Made by a program: the position numbers and the translations under genes
The notes under the pieces: model-generated
The model's input: only the letters and a program-made list of their open reading frames with translations
Databases searched by the model: none
Told to the model about the DNA's origin: nothing
Shown: positions 12,592 through 25,935 of the stretch, piece after piece
How the letters are laid out: each line of letters starts with the position of its first letter
How positions within the stretch are numbered: the first letter of the stretch is position 1
From: Amoebophrya sp. A120
Taxonomy: Eukaryota; Protista; Dinoflagellata
Assembly (NCBI GenBank): GCA_905178155.1
Contig: CAJINV010000010.1
Coordinates: 3,882,599 to 3,946,598, forward strand
Reading direction: 5' to 3'
DNA: 64,000 bases

Positions 12592-13450
12592 ATTGATAGA
12601 TGAGGAGGTTCTTCATGCATGATAGCAAATTTTTGCTCCTGCTGTTTTCGAAGATTATACTGACGAGGAGGTAATAAATATGGTTTTGTGTAGCAGGTAG
12701 GGGTACCTCTACCTGCTGTTCGAGGACAACAGGTCGGTCTGTGGATCTCCTGTAGGATCTTGTCAGAACAAAAAGACCGCCAAAAAGTAGTCCTCTCAAG
12801 AACTCGAAGCAGAAGTACACAAGAGAGTACATTGCTGTTGCTGCGGTTGCCGTAGTACGATGATTTCGTGTGTAACGATAATGTTCCCCACTACTTTATT
12901 ATTGCCTGGTAAGTCTTCCTCCCCGCGGATGGATTTATGTGTTTAGTTTCAGGACTCGGCGTTTCAGAATGTATTGGTGTAGTGTCGTCCTCGTCCACAG
13001 TCGTTCTTATATCGTGCCTCTCGTTGGTTTCGTCCCTCTGTCGGTTTCGTCCACGTCCGTTTCCCCTTCCTTCACCTATTTTTAATTTTATCGCGGCGAA
13101 CTACAGGAAGCCACACTCGTTCTCGTTCTTGGTTTCGTCCCTCTGTCGGTTTCGTCCATGTGCATTTCGTTCACCACCAAGTCTTATCGTGCCGAACTAC
13201 GTCGGACCACCAGTAATTTCGTGTCGTGTATTTTTGCTGCACCTCCTAGATTGCATTGAGTTTGGGTTCGTTTAGTAAAGTACTTACAATTTCCTTCTCC
13301 CTGTCGCAGTCCAGTGAAGAACGAGCAGACCACGCACCTGTGCCCTTGTTTTCTAGGAGCAGAAGGCAATCAGAACCAAGACAGAGACTGACACAAGTTC
13401 TTTAGCAGAGACTGTTTTATAAAAACAGTTAGGAAACTTAAACTACGAAG

Positions 13451-16400
13451 ATGAGCATGAGGCTGAAATCCACCACGAGCTCTTCAGCAGCTCATCCGCG
13501 CACGAAGACCTCCGCTGTCACGGCGCTGCTCTGCTATCTTTGCGAGCATGACTTGTTCCTCGGAACGGACGCGGTGGAGGTGCTGGTGACCAAGAAAAAT
13601 CACAAGAAAGCGACCGTCGTGAAGAAAATGCCTGCTGATGATGAATGTTGATGGCGATGTCGTGAAAACGCCCTCGTCCTCCGCGCTCGAACGCAAGGAG
13701 GAAAATGTTAAAGCAGGGAAGAATGAACAAGATCTTAAAAACAACAACGCTCCTCTCATCTTCGACACGGCGGGCCGGTACAATGCCACTGCTTCAACTA
13801 CACCTGGAGATGAGAATCATGGCTCTGGGCATCCGCATCAAGAGCATGAAGATGACCTCGGAAGCTCCGGGTCGTTTGTCCAGCAAGGCTATTTTGTCCC
13901 GCTGGGCTCGGAACGCTTTGCGGCAATATGAAAGTGCACGAGTCGACGACGTCCCTCTCTCTCGTTTCTTGTCATGCAGAATTCCGAATCCTAATCCATT
14001 CCTACCTGGGCACTAGCTTTGGCTGTGTTTGCATGACACTTACTGTAATAAGCCCAAACTGTATGCAAGAAAAAAACTGTGTAAGTGTAAGTCTGTGATG
14101 CAGAAAATGCAAAACAGTTACGCTTGTCATGCTCTACATGCATGATAGGCTCGCTTCCTACGTGTTTTCCCGTCCTATCTGCGCATGACAAGTTTTTCCT
14201 GTCATGGCAGACGAACTTGTGATGCTGTTTTCCCAAAAGACCTACACTAACACAGTTTTTTTCTTGGATAAACTGCACTGCTTTCCTGGACTACTAGGTT
14301 TGTCGCACAAAAGCCTCACTTTGCATATGGCCCCCTCAAAACGTAAGTTCTCAACTCGTAAGTGCGCTACCCATATTTTTTGCAAACCCGCTGCCCCATT
14401 TTTTTTATTTGTGAGGAGCAGTAGGGCCCGACGCACGTTGACCCGAGCGCGGCAAGCTTACGAAGAACATGCGCTGGACCGCAGCGGCGGGAAGCTTGCA
14501 CTGCCATGCTTCGCCGCAACATCTAAAGACGGCCACTGGGCCGGGCATAACGTCACGCGCGAGGGTATGGAGCACATGGGAAATCATCAAAAAGCTGCGG
14601 GCGCTTGATGCCTTCGCACATCCTCCCGGCCGGTCGCAGGGCGCGCGCCACAGCCTTCAGACATGACTTATTTTGCGCCCGTCATCTCTGACACCATCAG
14701 GCAGGTTTCGCCGCGATTCTCTTGCGCCGCCCCGCCCTCCGTCAGCCTATCCTCTTGCGCCGTCCTCCGCCCACCCCAGGGGGGGGTCGGTCCGTCAGCC
14801 TGGGGCGCCCCTCTCCCATTCTTCAGTGCCCCGGTCCGCCCGGCGTCTTTTTTCTTGCATCGGCACCCCGGCCCACCCCCGCTCGTTGCTTCCTCTCGAA
14901 AATACCGGCACAGGCTGGGCCGCCCGCATGCGCATCGCGGCCCGGGCGCAACCGGCCCGGCGAAAATGCGCGTGAGGCTTGCCGCCACCCAGTCGGGACG
15001 ATGGCCGCCCCAATGCTGCCCGGGCCTTTCCTGGACTACTAGGTTTGTCGCACAAAAGCCTCACTTTGCAGGCTGTTTGTGATGCTTCTAGACATGCCAT
15101 ACAAACGAGGGCGGGAGGCGGAGGGACTTGTGCACTCGCATATTAGAACGGTAACAGCTGCGGCGGTGGTGCCGGATGTGGGGATCAAAAGGACTCGGAA
15201 CAAGGTATGGCGTTCTCAAATGTTACATTCTCAGCTGTTGCATGTATTTGTCATGCAAAATGAGCACCAACGTCCACACAGTGAAGCTGCCTCGCATGAC
15301 AAATTTTGGAAGGGCTAAACAGCACTGGAATCCGTGCCGAATTTGTAATGTAAGAGTTGCAAGATCCGGTCTTTCCCTGTTGCCATTCTTGCATCACCAA
15401 TTCATGTAACAATAGAGAATGTAACACTTGAGAACGCCATGCAAGGAGCCGCACCTGCCCCTGCGGGCGGAGAAGGCGGGGCCGGAGGTTCCTTTGCCCC
15501 CCTGGCAGTGTCGAGCGAAGGTGTGGCATATCCCGCGGAAAAACGTACTCACCCTAGAGTTATCATGGAAATCTAGTGCATGTTGCGCAGGTGCAAATGG
15601 GTACTACATGTTTATACAATATAAGTAAATGTCTCTTCATGCGGAGGCCTATGAGGAGTATGATTCGCTATGATAAGTATAAAGGAATTTGTCCTGCTCG
15701 AGTCTTCAGCGCACGAGAGTGACGCGGCTGCACTAGACTGAATTGGGACTACAGTTATCAGACGCTGAGTTGTCATGCGGGACCACCTAAGCTTCTGTGT
15801 TTGTCTAGCAGATTTCTATTTTGGCCGTGGGGTGAACGCATTTTCACTCAGGATACGCGGGCAGAAAGAATCATGCGCGTTTATGATGGCGATTGCCATG
15901 CCGTCGACGGCCGTTACTACGCCAAACCGAACGGATAAGATACGATAGTAAAGCGGGGAAGGATGAACAAGATCTTAAAAACAACAACGCTCCTCTCATC
16001 TTCGACACGGCGGGCCGGTACAATGCCACTGCTTCAACTACACCTGGAGATCATGAAGATCATGATTCTGGGCAGCAGCAGCAGGAAGATGAAATCGGCT
16101 CCGGTTCGTTTGTCCAGCAACGCTATTTTGTCCCGCTGGGTTCGGAACGCTTTGCGTCAATATGAAAGTGCACGAGTCGACGACGCCCGTCTCTCTCGTT
16201 TCTTGTTATGCAGAATTCCGAATCCTATTCCTAATCCATTCCTACCTGGGCACTAACACTAAGTAGCTTCGGCCGTGTTTTCATGACGCTTACGGTATTA
16301 AGCTCAAACTGCACTGCTGTCCTGGCCTACTAGGTTTGTCGCACAAAGAAAAGCCTCACAACTCTGCAGGCTGTTTGTGATGCTAGACATGCAATACAAA

Positions 16401-19400
16401 CGAGGGCGGGGAGGGACTTGTGCACTCGCATATTAGAACGGTAACAGCTGCGGCGGTGGTGCCGGATGTGGGGATCAAAACGACCAGGAACAAGGAGCCG
16501 CGCCTGCCCCTGCGGGCGGAGAAGGTGGGGCCGGAGGTTCCTTTGCCCCCCTGGCAGTGTCGAGCGAAGGTGTGGCATATCCCGCGGAAAAACGTACTCA
16601 CCCTAGAATTATCATGGAAATCTAGTGCATGCTGCCGCTGCGCAGGTGCAAATGGCTACTACATGTGTCTCTTCATGCGGAGGCCGCTGAGGAGTATGAT
16701 CCGCTATGATAAGTATGAAGGAATAATTTCTTCTGCTCGAATCTTCAGCGCACGAGAGTGACGCGGCTGCACTAGACTTAATTTTAAGGGTTGAAAAAAT
16801 TAAGGTTTACATCAGGGTTTTGGTTCGTGGTTTCATAGATTTCGCAGCCCCCGCCTTTGTCCCTCTTCGCACCGCCCGGCAGTTGTCCAGGTGGTGCCTT
16901 GGTTCGTATTTCGTCTGGCTGGCAAAACCAAAGCCGCCGGGCCTTCAGAGCTGAAGGCCCTTCTACCTTGATGCCGATCCAGATTTTGTGCGAGGTGTCG
17001 CCACAATTCTGACGAGCGCACGCTGGCTGATTTGGGGGTCAGCATTTCCCTCGAGATCTAGGCTGGCATCTACGCCAGGCAAGCCGCCTCGCCTCGCGCG
17101 TTACTTGGTACGCGGAGCAGGCTGCCCGGCTTTTCTGCCTCCGGATCTCGTTCCGCAATCTTGCGGGACAACGTTCGGAGGCAGAGGTAGATCACCATCC
17201 TGGCCAGCCAAAGAGATGCTTGCCCCTGTGATGGCTGCCGCCAAAGCGGCAGGGTTTTGGTCAGGGTTTTGCTCCGAAAAGGCTCACCGCAATCGAAGCA
17301 AAAACTTATTTTTTTCGGGAGCTTCCCCCGAGCTAATAAAATAAGTTTTTGCTTTCGCTTTGCCCTCCTTTTTGTGGCTGAAAGTGTGGAGCTGTTCTGG
17401 GCCGGTATGTTCGCCCACATCGTGCCCAGACAACCTACCTGGCCCTGCAAGTTACTTGGGGCAAGTGACAGGGCGCCCGGTTGCTCTGCCTCAGGATCTC
17501 GCTCCGCAATCTTGCGGGACAATGTTCGGAGGCAGAGGTAGACCACCCTCCTGGCCAACCAAAGGGACGCCCGTTTCTGAGGCGTCCGCCGCCGACCTCA
17601 TCTGCAAACCAAAACCTTACTTTATTAGGTGGCGTTTCGGAGAAAAAATAATTAAGGTTTTGGTTTGGAGATGAGGTCGGAAGCCCGGTTTTCCCGGGGC
17701 TTCCCCCGAGCTAGTACGGTATGTCTTTGTCGTCAAATCGGCCACCCGGGTGTGCGGGTCTAGGCATGGCCAACATCCGCCGCCGGAGATTGACTGGGCA
17801 AAATCCCGGCCACAACAAGAGGGCTGCTTTCCGGGGCTGCTTTCGGAGCTCGTGTTGAAAGCAAAAACTTATTTTATTAGCTCGTGTTTCGGAAGAAAAA
17901 AAACTAAGTTTTTGATTTGAAATGAGCTCGTTATACCCAGCCGACAAAAGTCGGCCTCTCTTTTTGAGGTCAAGTTCCTACGGGCCGGCCATGGCCAGCC
18001 TCCAGCCACTGCGAGTGGCCCAGCAGGAAGTGGACCGCAAAAAGAGAGGGCGATCTTTGAGGTTGGGTTGTCGACCTCATCTCCAAACCTAAACCTTAGT
18101 TTTTTTTTGTCCGAAACGCGACCTAATAAAATAAGGCTTTGGCTTGAAGATGAGGTCGACGGCGGACACCTCAGAGCCAAGCATCTCTGTGGCTGGCCAG
18201 GAAGGTGATCTACCTCTGCCTCCGCACGTCGCCGCGCAAGATTGCGGAGCGAGATCCGGAGGCAGAAAAGACGGGCGCCCTGCCATATGCTCCAAGTAAC
18301 TTGCAGGGCCAGGTAGGTTGTCTGGGCACGATGTGGGCGAACATACCGGCCCAGAACAGCTCCACACTTTCAGCCACAAAAAGGAGGGCAAAGCGAAAGC
18401 AAAAACTTATTTTATTAGCTCGGGGGAAGCTCCCGAAAAAAATAAGTTTTTGCTTCGATTGCGGTGAGCCTTTTCGGAGCAAAACCCTGACCAAAACCCT
18501 GCCGCTTTGGCGGCAGCCATCACAGGGACAGGCATATCCGTCGTTGGCCGTTAAGGTGCTCTGCCTCTGCCTCCTCCCGTTGTCCCGCAAGATTGTGGAA
18601 CGAGATCCGGGGGCAGAGAAGCCGGGCGCCCTGCCAGTTGCTCCAGGTGGCTTGCACGACGAAGCAGGCCGCCTCGACACGATATGGGCGAGCATATCGG
18701 CGCAGCTCGGCTCCGCACTTTCGGCCACAAGATGAAGCACAAAGCGAAAGCAAAAGCTTACTTTTCTAGATCGGGGGAAGCTCCCGGGAAAAGTAAGTCT
18801 TTGCGTCCATGTCCGTGAGCCTCTTCTGAGCAAAACCCTGGCCAAAACCTTGCCGCTTTGGCGGCAGCCACTACAGGGACAAGCATCTCTGTGGCTGGCC
18901 AGGAAGGTGCTCTACCTTTGCCTCCGGACGGCGTCCCGCAAGATTGCGGAACGAGATGCGGGGGCAGAGAAGCCGGGCGCCCTGCCATTTGCTCCAGGGA
19001 ACTCGCAGGAAAAGGCAGGCCGCCAGGCCAAGATATGGGCGCCCGTGTCGGCCCAGTTTAGGCCACCAAGTTCGGCCGAAAGGGGGGGGCCAGGGCAAGG
19101 GCAAAGGCGCAAGCGTTAGTCTGGGGAAAGCTCCCGGAAAAAGTCAGAACCTGCTTCCATTTTGGTGCGCTTTTGTCATGAAAAGGCCTAGCCGAGAACT
19201 TGCCGCCTTGGCGGCAACCGGGACCCGGCCAAACCTCCAGCCGGGCAAGCCCGCAGCTGCTCAGCCTCTTCCCCCGGACCCCGCTACGCGCCACCGCAGG
19301 ATGAGATCTGGGGGCGGAGAAGCCAGGCCAGCAGCCCGGCGCCCCAAATACCTCGCGGCGGATGGCATGCGTCTGGGGTTCTTCTGGGGAGGTGCCGAGG

Positions 19401-20819
19401 CTAATATCTTGGCCAGCAGTCCAGGTCAGCAGAAGCCGAGAAAAATGCCGCCGCGGCTTCATCGTATTCACCCGGGGGAGAGGTTGGAAGCAGCAAGCGC
19501 GCGGCCTCCATTTTGCCCGGCTTCTGCTGGTCTGGATACCGGCCGAGATGTTGACATCGGCGCAGCGAGCTTTTTCGGCTGGATGGTCTGCGCTTTCCTT
19601 TTCCATTCAGAGCGAAGAGAAAAAAAATGAAAAATCGCAAATCAAAACCTTGACCAAAACCTTAATTCTTTCAACCCCTAATAATTGGGACTATAGTACT
19701 CAGCAGACACTGAGTTGTCACGCGGGACCACCTAAGCTTCGTTCTGTGTTTGTCTAGCAGATTTCTATCTTGGCCGTGGGGTGAACGCATTTTCACTCAG
19801 GATACGCGGGCAGAAAAAATCATGCGCGTCTATGATGGCGATTGCGCTGCCGTCGACGGACGTTACTACGCCAAGCCGAACGGATATGGATGTGTCAGGA
19901 TCGAAATCGACAAAATCGAAAAATTTGTAATGCATAAAACGTAGGGCACTCGATGCCTGTAATGGGGAGCAGGCGAATGAGATCGATTGCAAGCCTGTCT
20001 AGGAATATGCAATGCGCTGCCAGAGTAGCATGGCAGGAGCAGTCTTCTTTGCCCAAACAGCATGACAGACCGGATTTGGGTGCTCCCGAAATTTGTCATG
20101 CGTCACTTACAAACTGAGGCGCCTGGTATCGATGTTATGCATCACAAATTTTTCGACTTTGTAAATTTCGACTCTGACACTTCCATAACGGAGACGAGCC
20201 ATGCACGGGCTGGAACGGGTACGCGAAAGGGTTTGCCATGCCGGCGAGGAATGTCGACGAGGAGAAAAATGATGCCGAAAGTCCCTTTGCGTCGTGTAAA
20301 AAAATCGATGAACATGCGATCAGTGAAGACATTAGATCCTTTATAGGTCGGTGCAGAGGCAACACGATGAAATTTCGCTACAAGAACTTCGATGACTTTG
20401 ACGTCGGCAGCCCAAGGTGGAGATTCCAAGGTCGCCATTGGACGAATGCCAACGTTATGTTCCTAAAGAAATTAATCAGGGAAGAAGAAGAATCTGTTTT
20501 TTTCTGGAAAAAAGACCTCTTTGACTGGGACAGCGCGCGCGACATGTTCTTAGTTTCCGCGAAAGCGAAAGAGGTCTCATTTGAGATGAGTTGCGACGAA
20601 TACGATAATGCAGGGAAAAAGGAAGGAAGTGAAGACGACTACTCTGTGACCGAGTGGCCGTCTTCTAAGGGGTTTTTCTCTGGCAACGACTGCGACCTGA
20701 TACGAATCCGATGGGACAAGAAGACGAAGGGATTCCTCGGTGTAGCCACTGGTGGTGAGGTGCAGGTAGAGTCGTGGACATGCCCGGACCTGAAGGATTG
20801 TGGAATTCCCCCGTATTAA
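13451..20819 (+). CDS. putative secreted hypothetical protein; internally tandem-duplicated and frameshifted (possible pseudogene/partial duplicate)
   Basis: Signal-like N-terminus (AVEV); frameshift near 13645; segment about 13710-15935 repeated from about 15950; second copy splices in frame into ORF 20238-20819. Confidence 0.5.
14062..14270. mobile_element. introner family D (TATGCAAGAAAAAAACTGTGT TIR), nested
   Basis: AACTG TSD; empty site at 16307-16311 in the duplicate. Confidence 0.9.
14281..15070. mobile_element. GC-rich insertion flanked by 45-bp direct repeats
   Basis: CTTTCCTGGACTACTAGG...CACTTTGCA at 14281-14325 and 15026-15070; single copy in the paralogous segment. Confidence 0.6.
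15206..15441. mobile_element. introner family H (TATGGCGTTCTCAAATGTTACATTCTC TIR)
   Basis: CAAGG TSD; empty site at 16491-16495. Confidence 0.9.
16578..19804. mobile_element. introner family E carrying a nested 2.9-kb element
   Basis: TATCCCGCGGAAAAACG...TTTTCACTCAGGATA; short paralog at 15529-15855. Confidence 0.75.
16784..19681. mobile_element. non-autonomous TIR/foldback DNA transposon
   Basis: TIR TTAAGGGTTGAAAAAATTAAGGTT / AACCTTAATTCTTTCAACCCCTAA; TAATT TSD; internal about 500-bp inverted duplication; absent from the paralogous site near 15738. Confidence 0.85.
19885..20187. mobile_element. introner family B
   Basis: TIRs; ACGGA direct repeat; removal joins AKPNG|DEPCTG in frame. Confidence 0.9.
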
Positions 20820-21794
20820 TATAACAAAACGGAGCAACAATAACAAATGGGCAAGACGGAGTCAAGATCAAGAGTTTTCACCTAGCCGGGACACTCGGTT
20901 GACGGACGAGCGGTTCTACTCTACTACAACCTTGTTTTCAGCCGGGAAAGAAAGATGAAAAACACAGCCACACACACAGTAAGTTTTCTTTTCAATTGAG
21001 TATATTTTTTTTTTCCCTTCATCGCGATACAACTATAACAATTACAAACAGAAATTTATGTCACTTCAGCATCTCATTTTCATCAATCATGGCTTTAGCA
21101 TGCCTGTTTTACACGTGGCGTCGCAAATGTTTTGCCAAACTCGATGTGGAAAATCTTATCCCTCAGCACCAGCTTTTTCTTTCCGTCCCCAAAAAATAGC
21201 ATATCCTTTTTTTCCTTATTTACCGGAGATCTGAAGCACGCTTGAAAGAAGAAGAACAAGAAGAAGTTGCAGTATTTCGCTGCTGTTTTATAGGCACGGT
21301 CTTCTTTACTTACTTATTTTATTCGCTCTGATAGCCTCGGGCGAGATCCCCTTTGACGAAAAGGCATCATTTAGTCGGCTCTAGTGGTAAGAAATATAGT
21401 ACTACCCCATTTTTCAGTGTCTCCATCATGTTGATGTTTCACGAACAAATTTTAGCAGCTCACCAAAAAGTAAAAGCGCCCCATTCTGATTCGCTTTCGC
21501 AAACGGTGCTGGAGGAACAGGAATCGAGAATCGTCCGCGCGCCATTTTTGCATCGTGTTCTTGCTGAAGGTGTTGGTGTTTGATTGTCCTCTATGGGCTC
21601 TCGGTTTCGTGCTCGTGGCGCTGCAGACGAAAATCGAAAATTTCTGTTCGCATCACTTCTGTCTCGATGTTCCAAGATTCGCCCTGGTTTATTGACAAGG
21701 AAATCCAATGATCGCTTCGTTCTCATAGATAATTTTAACATACTAGATCATAAACACTCGACTAAAAAGTAATCATCAAAGAAAAAGAAAAACC

Positions 21795-23085
21795 ATGTTA
21801 GTCTATTCCTTCTATGTGTTTTACCGTGGGCAGAAGTGTGTGTACCGCCAAGACTTCCTACAAACCGACTCCGAAACGAAGTTGATTTACGGGTTGCTCG
21901 CGACCATGAAGTCGTTATCGCAGCAAATCACGGAGAAGATACAGATTCAAGACCCGAATCGGTCTGCACTTTCCAAAACGACAACCGGTTCCGGTGCGGC
22001 ACATCATCAACACAATAAGCCAGGACTAGTACCACTAGCGGTGCAACCGTCGGCGACGAGCAGTCGAAACATCCAGCAATTCAATTCCTACACAACCCCG
22101 ATATCCAAGAAAGAAACTGTGTGTGTGTAGGTGTCTTGGAGTGACAGCATGACAAATTTATTTTTGCACTGCATGACTACAGAGAAAACTTGTCATGCGC
22201 AGCCCGTACGTGAAAAGGAAAACACATAGTACGAAATAAACAGAAGTTGATGGCTGGCCAGCATGACAGGTGTAACTGTGTTGTGTCTTTATTTGCATCA
22301 CAGATTTACACTTCTAATTACATAGTTTTTTTCTTGCATACCCGAAGTACAAGCTGCACTGTCTGGAGATTCCCAGCGGGTATTATTTCGTGTGCACGAC
22401 GGAGCTATCAAATGCAAAAGTCCCTGGATGTCTGGAAACTTGTGATGCTGGGTGGCGTCTCATGATGAGGCATTACAAGTGCTGGCTCAGCATGACAAGT
22501 TTCTGAGCTTCTAGGTGTATGCCTATTCTGCATGACAAACTGCGTTTCTGCATCACAGAAAAATGGAGTTCTTGGGTAACGTGCATGACAGATTTAAGAG
22601 CCATGCCAGACAAGCGTGACAAATCTCGCAATCTTCCAGACCCAGACATTTTTACAGTTGATAGGAGCCGAACGCGTTACTTGACATGCGGGACTACATG
22701 CGACAACTGTATCAGCAGTTTTTCGTTCCGTTAGTGTTACAGTCCCCGGACTACACAGAGTATCCCACGAAAAAACTGTTTCACTGTGATGATTTTGCAA
22801 GAACCGCATCACAAGTTTGTTACACATGACGCAGAAAATTTGCCATGCGCGTTTCCCAAGGGAAAACACGCTCGAAAATCGAATGTCTTGCAGGTGTAGC
22901 AAGACAAATAGTTCTCCACTCTATTTTCTGCATCACAAGTTCACAGTGAAACAGTTTTCTCTTGCGATACAGAGCTGGGGGGGACGATAAGCGAAGACTC
23001 CCGGTTCGGCCGGGAGGTTACGCAGATTTTTCACCGCCTCAACGCAGCCAGATCTTCTTCCTCTTCAAGTGTGGGTCGGAGCTGA
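21795..23085 (+). CDS. TRAPPC1: TRAPP complex subunit 1 (Bet5/sybindin-like)
   Basis: MLVYSFYVFYR...KLIYGLLATMKSL...FNSYTTP|KYKLHCLEIPSGYYFVCTTE|PN...MRQLYQQFFVPLVLQSP after removing 3 introners. Confidence 0.85.
22102..22340. mobile_element. introner family D
   Basis: TIRs; CCCGA direct repeat. Confidence 0.9.
22406..22663. mobile_element. introner family A
   Basis: TIRs; GGAGC direct repeat; reverse complement of 52948-53199. Confidence 0.9.
22761..22969. mobile_element. introner family D-like
   Basis: TIRs; CAGAG direct repeat. Confidence 0.88.
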
Positions 23086-23105
23086 TGAAATTTTGTTCAC
23101 TCGCT

Positions 23106-23367
23106 TATCAAATGTAAAAATGTCTGGGTCTGGAAAGTTGGAACTTGTGATGCTAACTTTGGACTCTAAAAAAATGTGTATTGCATGACCAGCAAGAGGA
23201 CCCACATTTGTGCTACGCGAGGAGGGCATTTGTCATGCGGAAATGGCATCAGGAAGCTTTCCAAAAATCTGTGATGCTGGGTCATGCGTTACAAGCATCA
23301 TGGGTCATGCCAGACAAGCATGACAAGCCTTCCATTCTTCCAGACCCAGACATTTTTATATTTGATA
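23106..23367. mobile_element. introner family A in 3' UTR
   Basis: TIRs; CTCGCT flanking repeat, 20 bp after the TRAPPC1 stop. Confidence 0.85.
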
Positions 23368-24024
23368 CTCGCTTGTCACGATGCAATCGTTTCGCCTTGT
23401 TGCATCTGTTGCATCGCTCGCAATGAAAGTCTGGCAATGGCCTTGGCTTGTTTGCCTATGAATTCATCATGGGTCCTCGCTCGGGTGTGCTCCACCGCGA
23501 CAGAAGTAATTCGGAGTAGATGACGTTGTTCGCACGAGAGGATCAAGGTACATCTCTTCGCTGATTTCCATAGCGGGAGACGTTACTAGGACTAGCTTTT
23601 TGATTTTGTGTGAGAGCTTGGACATTTTTACCAGGCCTGATGTCGTCATTTTGGTCGCACCTTCTTCGTTGTCGTGACGTTCATTGTCGTGAGAGATGAA
23701 TCGAAAGAGGATAAGTACAAAGACGCATGAGTACGTACGCAAGGAACCACTTGTAGTTGTAGGAGGAGGTCGCATGGTCGTGCTGGTACAAAATGTACTG
23801 CTTTTTGTTTCAAGTATTTCTTCTTGTGTATGCAGGCCGGAATCTTGATCCAAGGACATCATACATCATGGAATTTTTGATCTCGCTACTGATAGATAGA
23901 GCTCGTCGTTTCTCCGACCTTGCTTCTGATATACAACCGCAGCACAACGGCTTGATCGGTCAGAAAAAGCAAGAAGTAGTCTGTCGGAAAAAAAATCATC
24001 CACCGGCACAGTCGAGTCAAAAAT

Positions 24025-25935
24025 ATGTCGCTCCGGACTCTCTTTTCTGCCTTTGAGGAGCAACTTGCGCTGTTCAACGCCACCGCAACGCCTTCCGCCT
24101 CATCAACAACTAGAGCGCAAGTAGCGACTGCAAGAACAAGTATTACGCGGCCCACCGAGCAAGTCTTAGGAGGCGACACGGGCACGGGAAGTCTGAAACT
24201 ACTACCTGGAGAAGCACACCATGGGAATCTGCTCTTGCCCAGTCAAGGCTCGATGCAGAGTACCAGACGAAAAAACTTTGCTACGTCGCACCTAGAAACT
24301 CGTCCCGTACGAGAAGCTGGCACTCCTTCAGCCGGTACTGGGTTCTTGTTCAGGTTGCAGCATCATGCTGGAGCAGTTGAGCCTCCCGCTCCTGCAACCC
24401 GGGGAATAAGAAGTAGCATCCTTGCTGCTTCTGATGTGGAAGCAGCAGCAAATTCGAAATTTCGAGCATTGAAAACCAAAACTACAACCAAGAAAGCTGC
24501 AGGACGAGGACCGACTTCCTTCTACCTGGACTGTTCTGCGGAATCGGGCGCCATGGAGGTGATGCCGCGGTCGGTGAAGAACATGTGCCAGAAACTGCTG
24601 GACAAGTTTTACAAGAAGCGGTGGACCTACGGGTACTGGATGCCGCTGAAGCTCATTTACGACGACTGGACGGACCTGATGAAGTTTCAATTTAAGTGGC
24701 TGACGAAGAAGAACTACAACCCAATCATGCCGGAAGAGTTTCACTGGTTTTACAACACAAAAAGCCAGCAGTGGTCCCGGTGTACCGAGTGGCACATGAA
24801 CCAGTGCGGAAAATTCACGGCCAAGTCGAGCTGGATTCCGGAAAAGTTCCGAAAGAGGTTATCCTGTGCAAAAGTATCGTATTCGTATTGCAGTCAGGCA
24901 CTAAGTACAAATCTTTTTCTTGAGGTAACTCCGGATTGCATCTCATGCTGAGGAAATGATGCACTTATACGAGTGCGATACTTTTGCAATTCATAGAGGT
25001 TCTGTACCGACGATTGGTACGAATGCCAAACGCTGGAAGAGCCCTGGACCTACTTCGGCTTCCCGTCGATGCAGCAGTGGAACAGCAGTTGTGGGGTCGG
25101 GTATTAACGTGAAAAAAGCCCCAACCCCATACTCAAAATGCAATTTGTGTTGCTGGATTTGTGTACAGAAATGAACTTTGTATTGCAGCAAGAGCTTGTC
25201 GGCATCCTCTAAGCCCATTTGGGTACGCATCCGGCTAGCAGCTGAGCATAAGAAACAAATCTGGCATAGGCGAAAACGCATGGCAGACTCGCTGTACATT
25301 GCGCCACATGGATGCCGTTTGCCTTGTACGCAAGACAAGGCTGATTTGTGGCCACAAATCAGCATCACAGGTTTCCTTTTCGATATGGGGAGGGGAGATT
25401 TTTCCTCACAATACCGGGCCAAGTTTGCTGACACCGCTGCTATCCGGGACCCCGCTGACGCAGTTGGGTAGCTGCAGTCGGGCAAGTGAGGTAAGGTCAA
25501 ACTTTATGTTTTCTTGATAGAATGGCATGAAAAACGCGCGCTGTAATGCGGCGAAAATTTGTATGCCTATGGAGCAGTAGCAAGGACGCGGTGGCATGAC
25601 GATGGTCCTCCACCTCGTTTCGGAACCGGTTCTAATTCTTGTGACTCCTGCGATATATTCACAAAAAAGAAATAAATCTATCAAAACAGGTCTGCCTCGT
25701 GCCCACCTTTTCCGGGACCGGCGCCTACCAACACTACTTCCGCGCGGCCGCGAAGGCCGTTGGGCTGACGCAAGAGCAATTGCAGTCCTGGACGAATTTG
25801 CAGGATTACCGTTGCAAGGACCTGGGAACGAATTTGAACAAAGAAATTTTGCAGATGCTGGAACGCAGCCCGGACACGAGGTTGAATACTTCCAAATTGA
25901 ACTGGCTCTGGGGGGACAAAACTGTGTTTTTCTGA
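24025..25935 (+). CDS. hypothetical Trp/Cys-rich protein (start uncertain)
   Basis: Continuous frame after removing introners 24860-24995 (GAGGT) and 25102-25413 (TCGGG/CCGGG) and GT-AG intron 25491-25689. Confidence 0.65.

Larger units (their letters stand above)
13927..15142. mobile_element. introner family C carrying nested insertions
   Basis: TATGAAAGTGCAC...GTGCACTCGCATA; uninterrupted paralog at 16161-16432. Confidence 0.75.

Noticed and set aside
13024-13158. 30-bp direct repeat TTGGTTTCGTCCCTCTGTCGGTTTCGTCCA
   Set aside because: Real but only two copies in intergenic DNA; likely a local duplication
16988-19757. Many overlapping ORFs as a transposase
   Set aside because: GC-rich repeat-derived frames on both strands with no DDE or other recognisable motif
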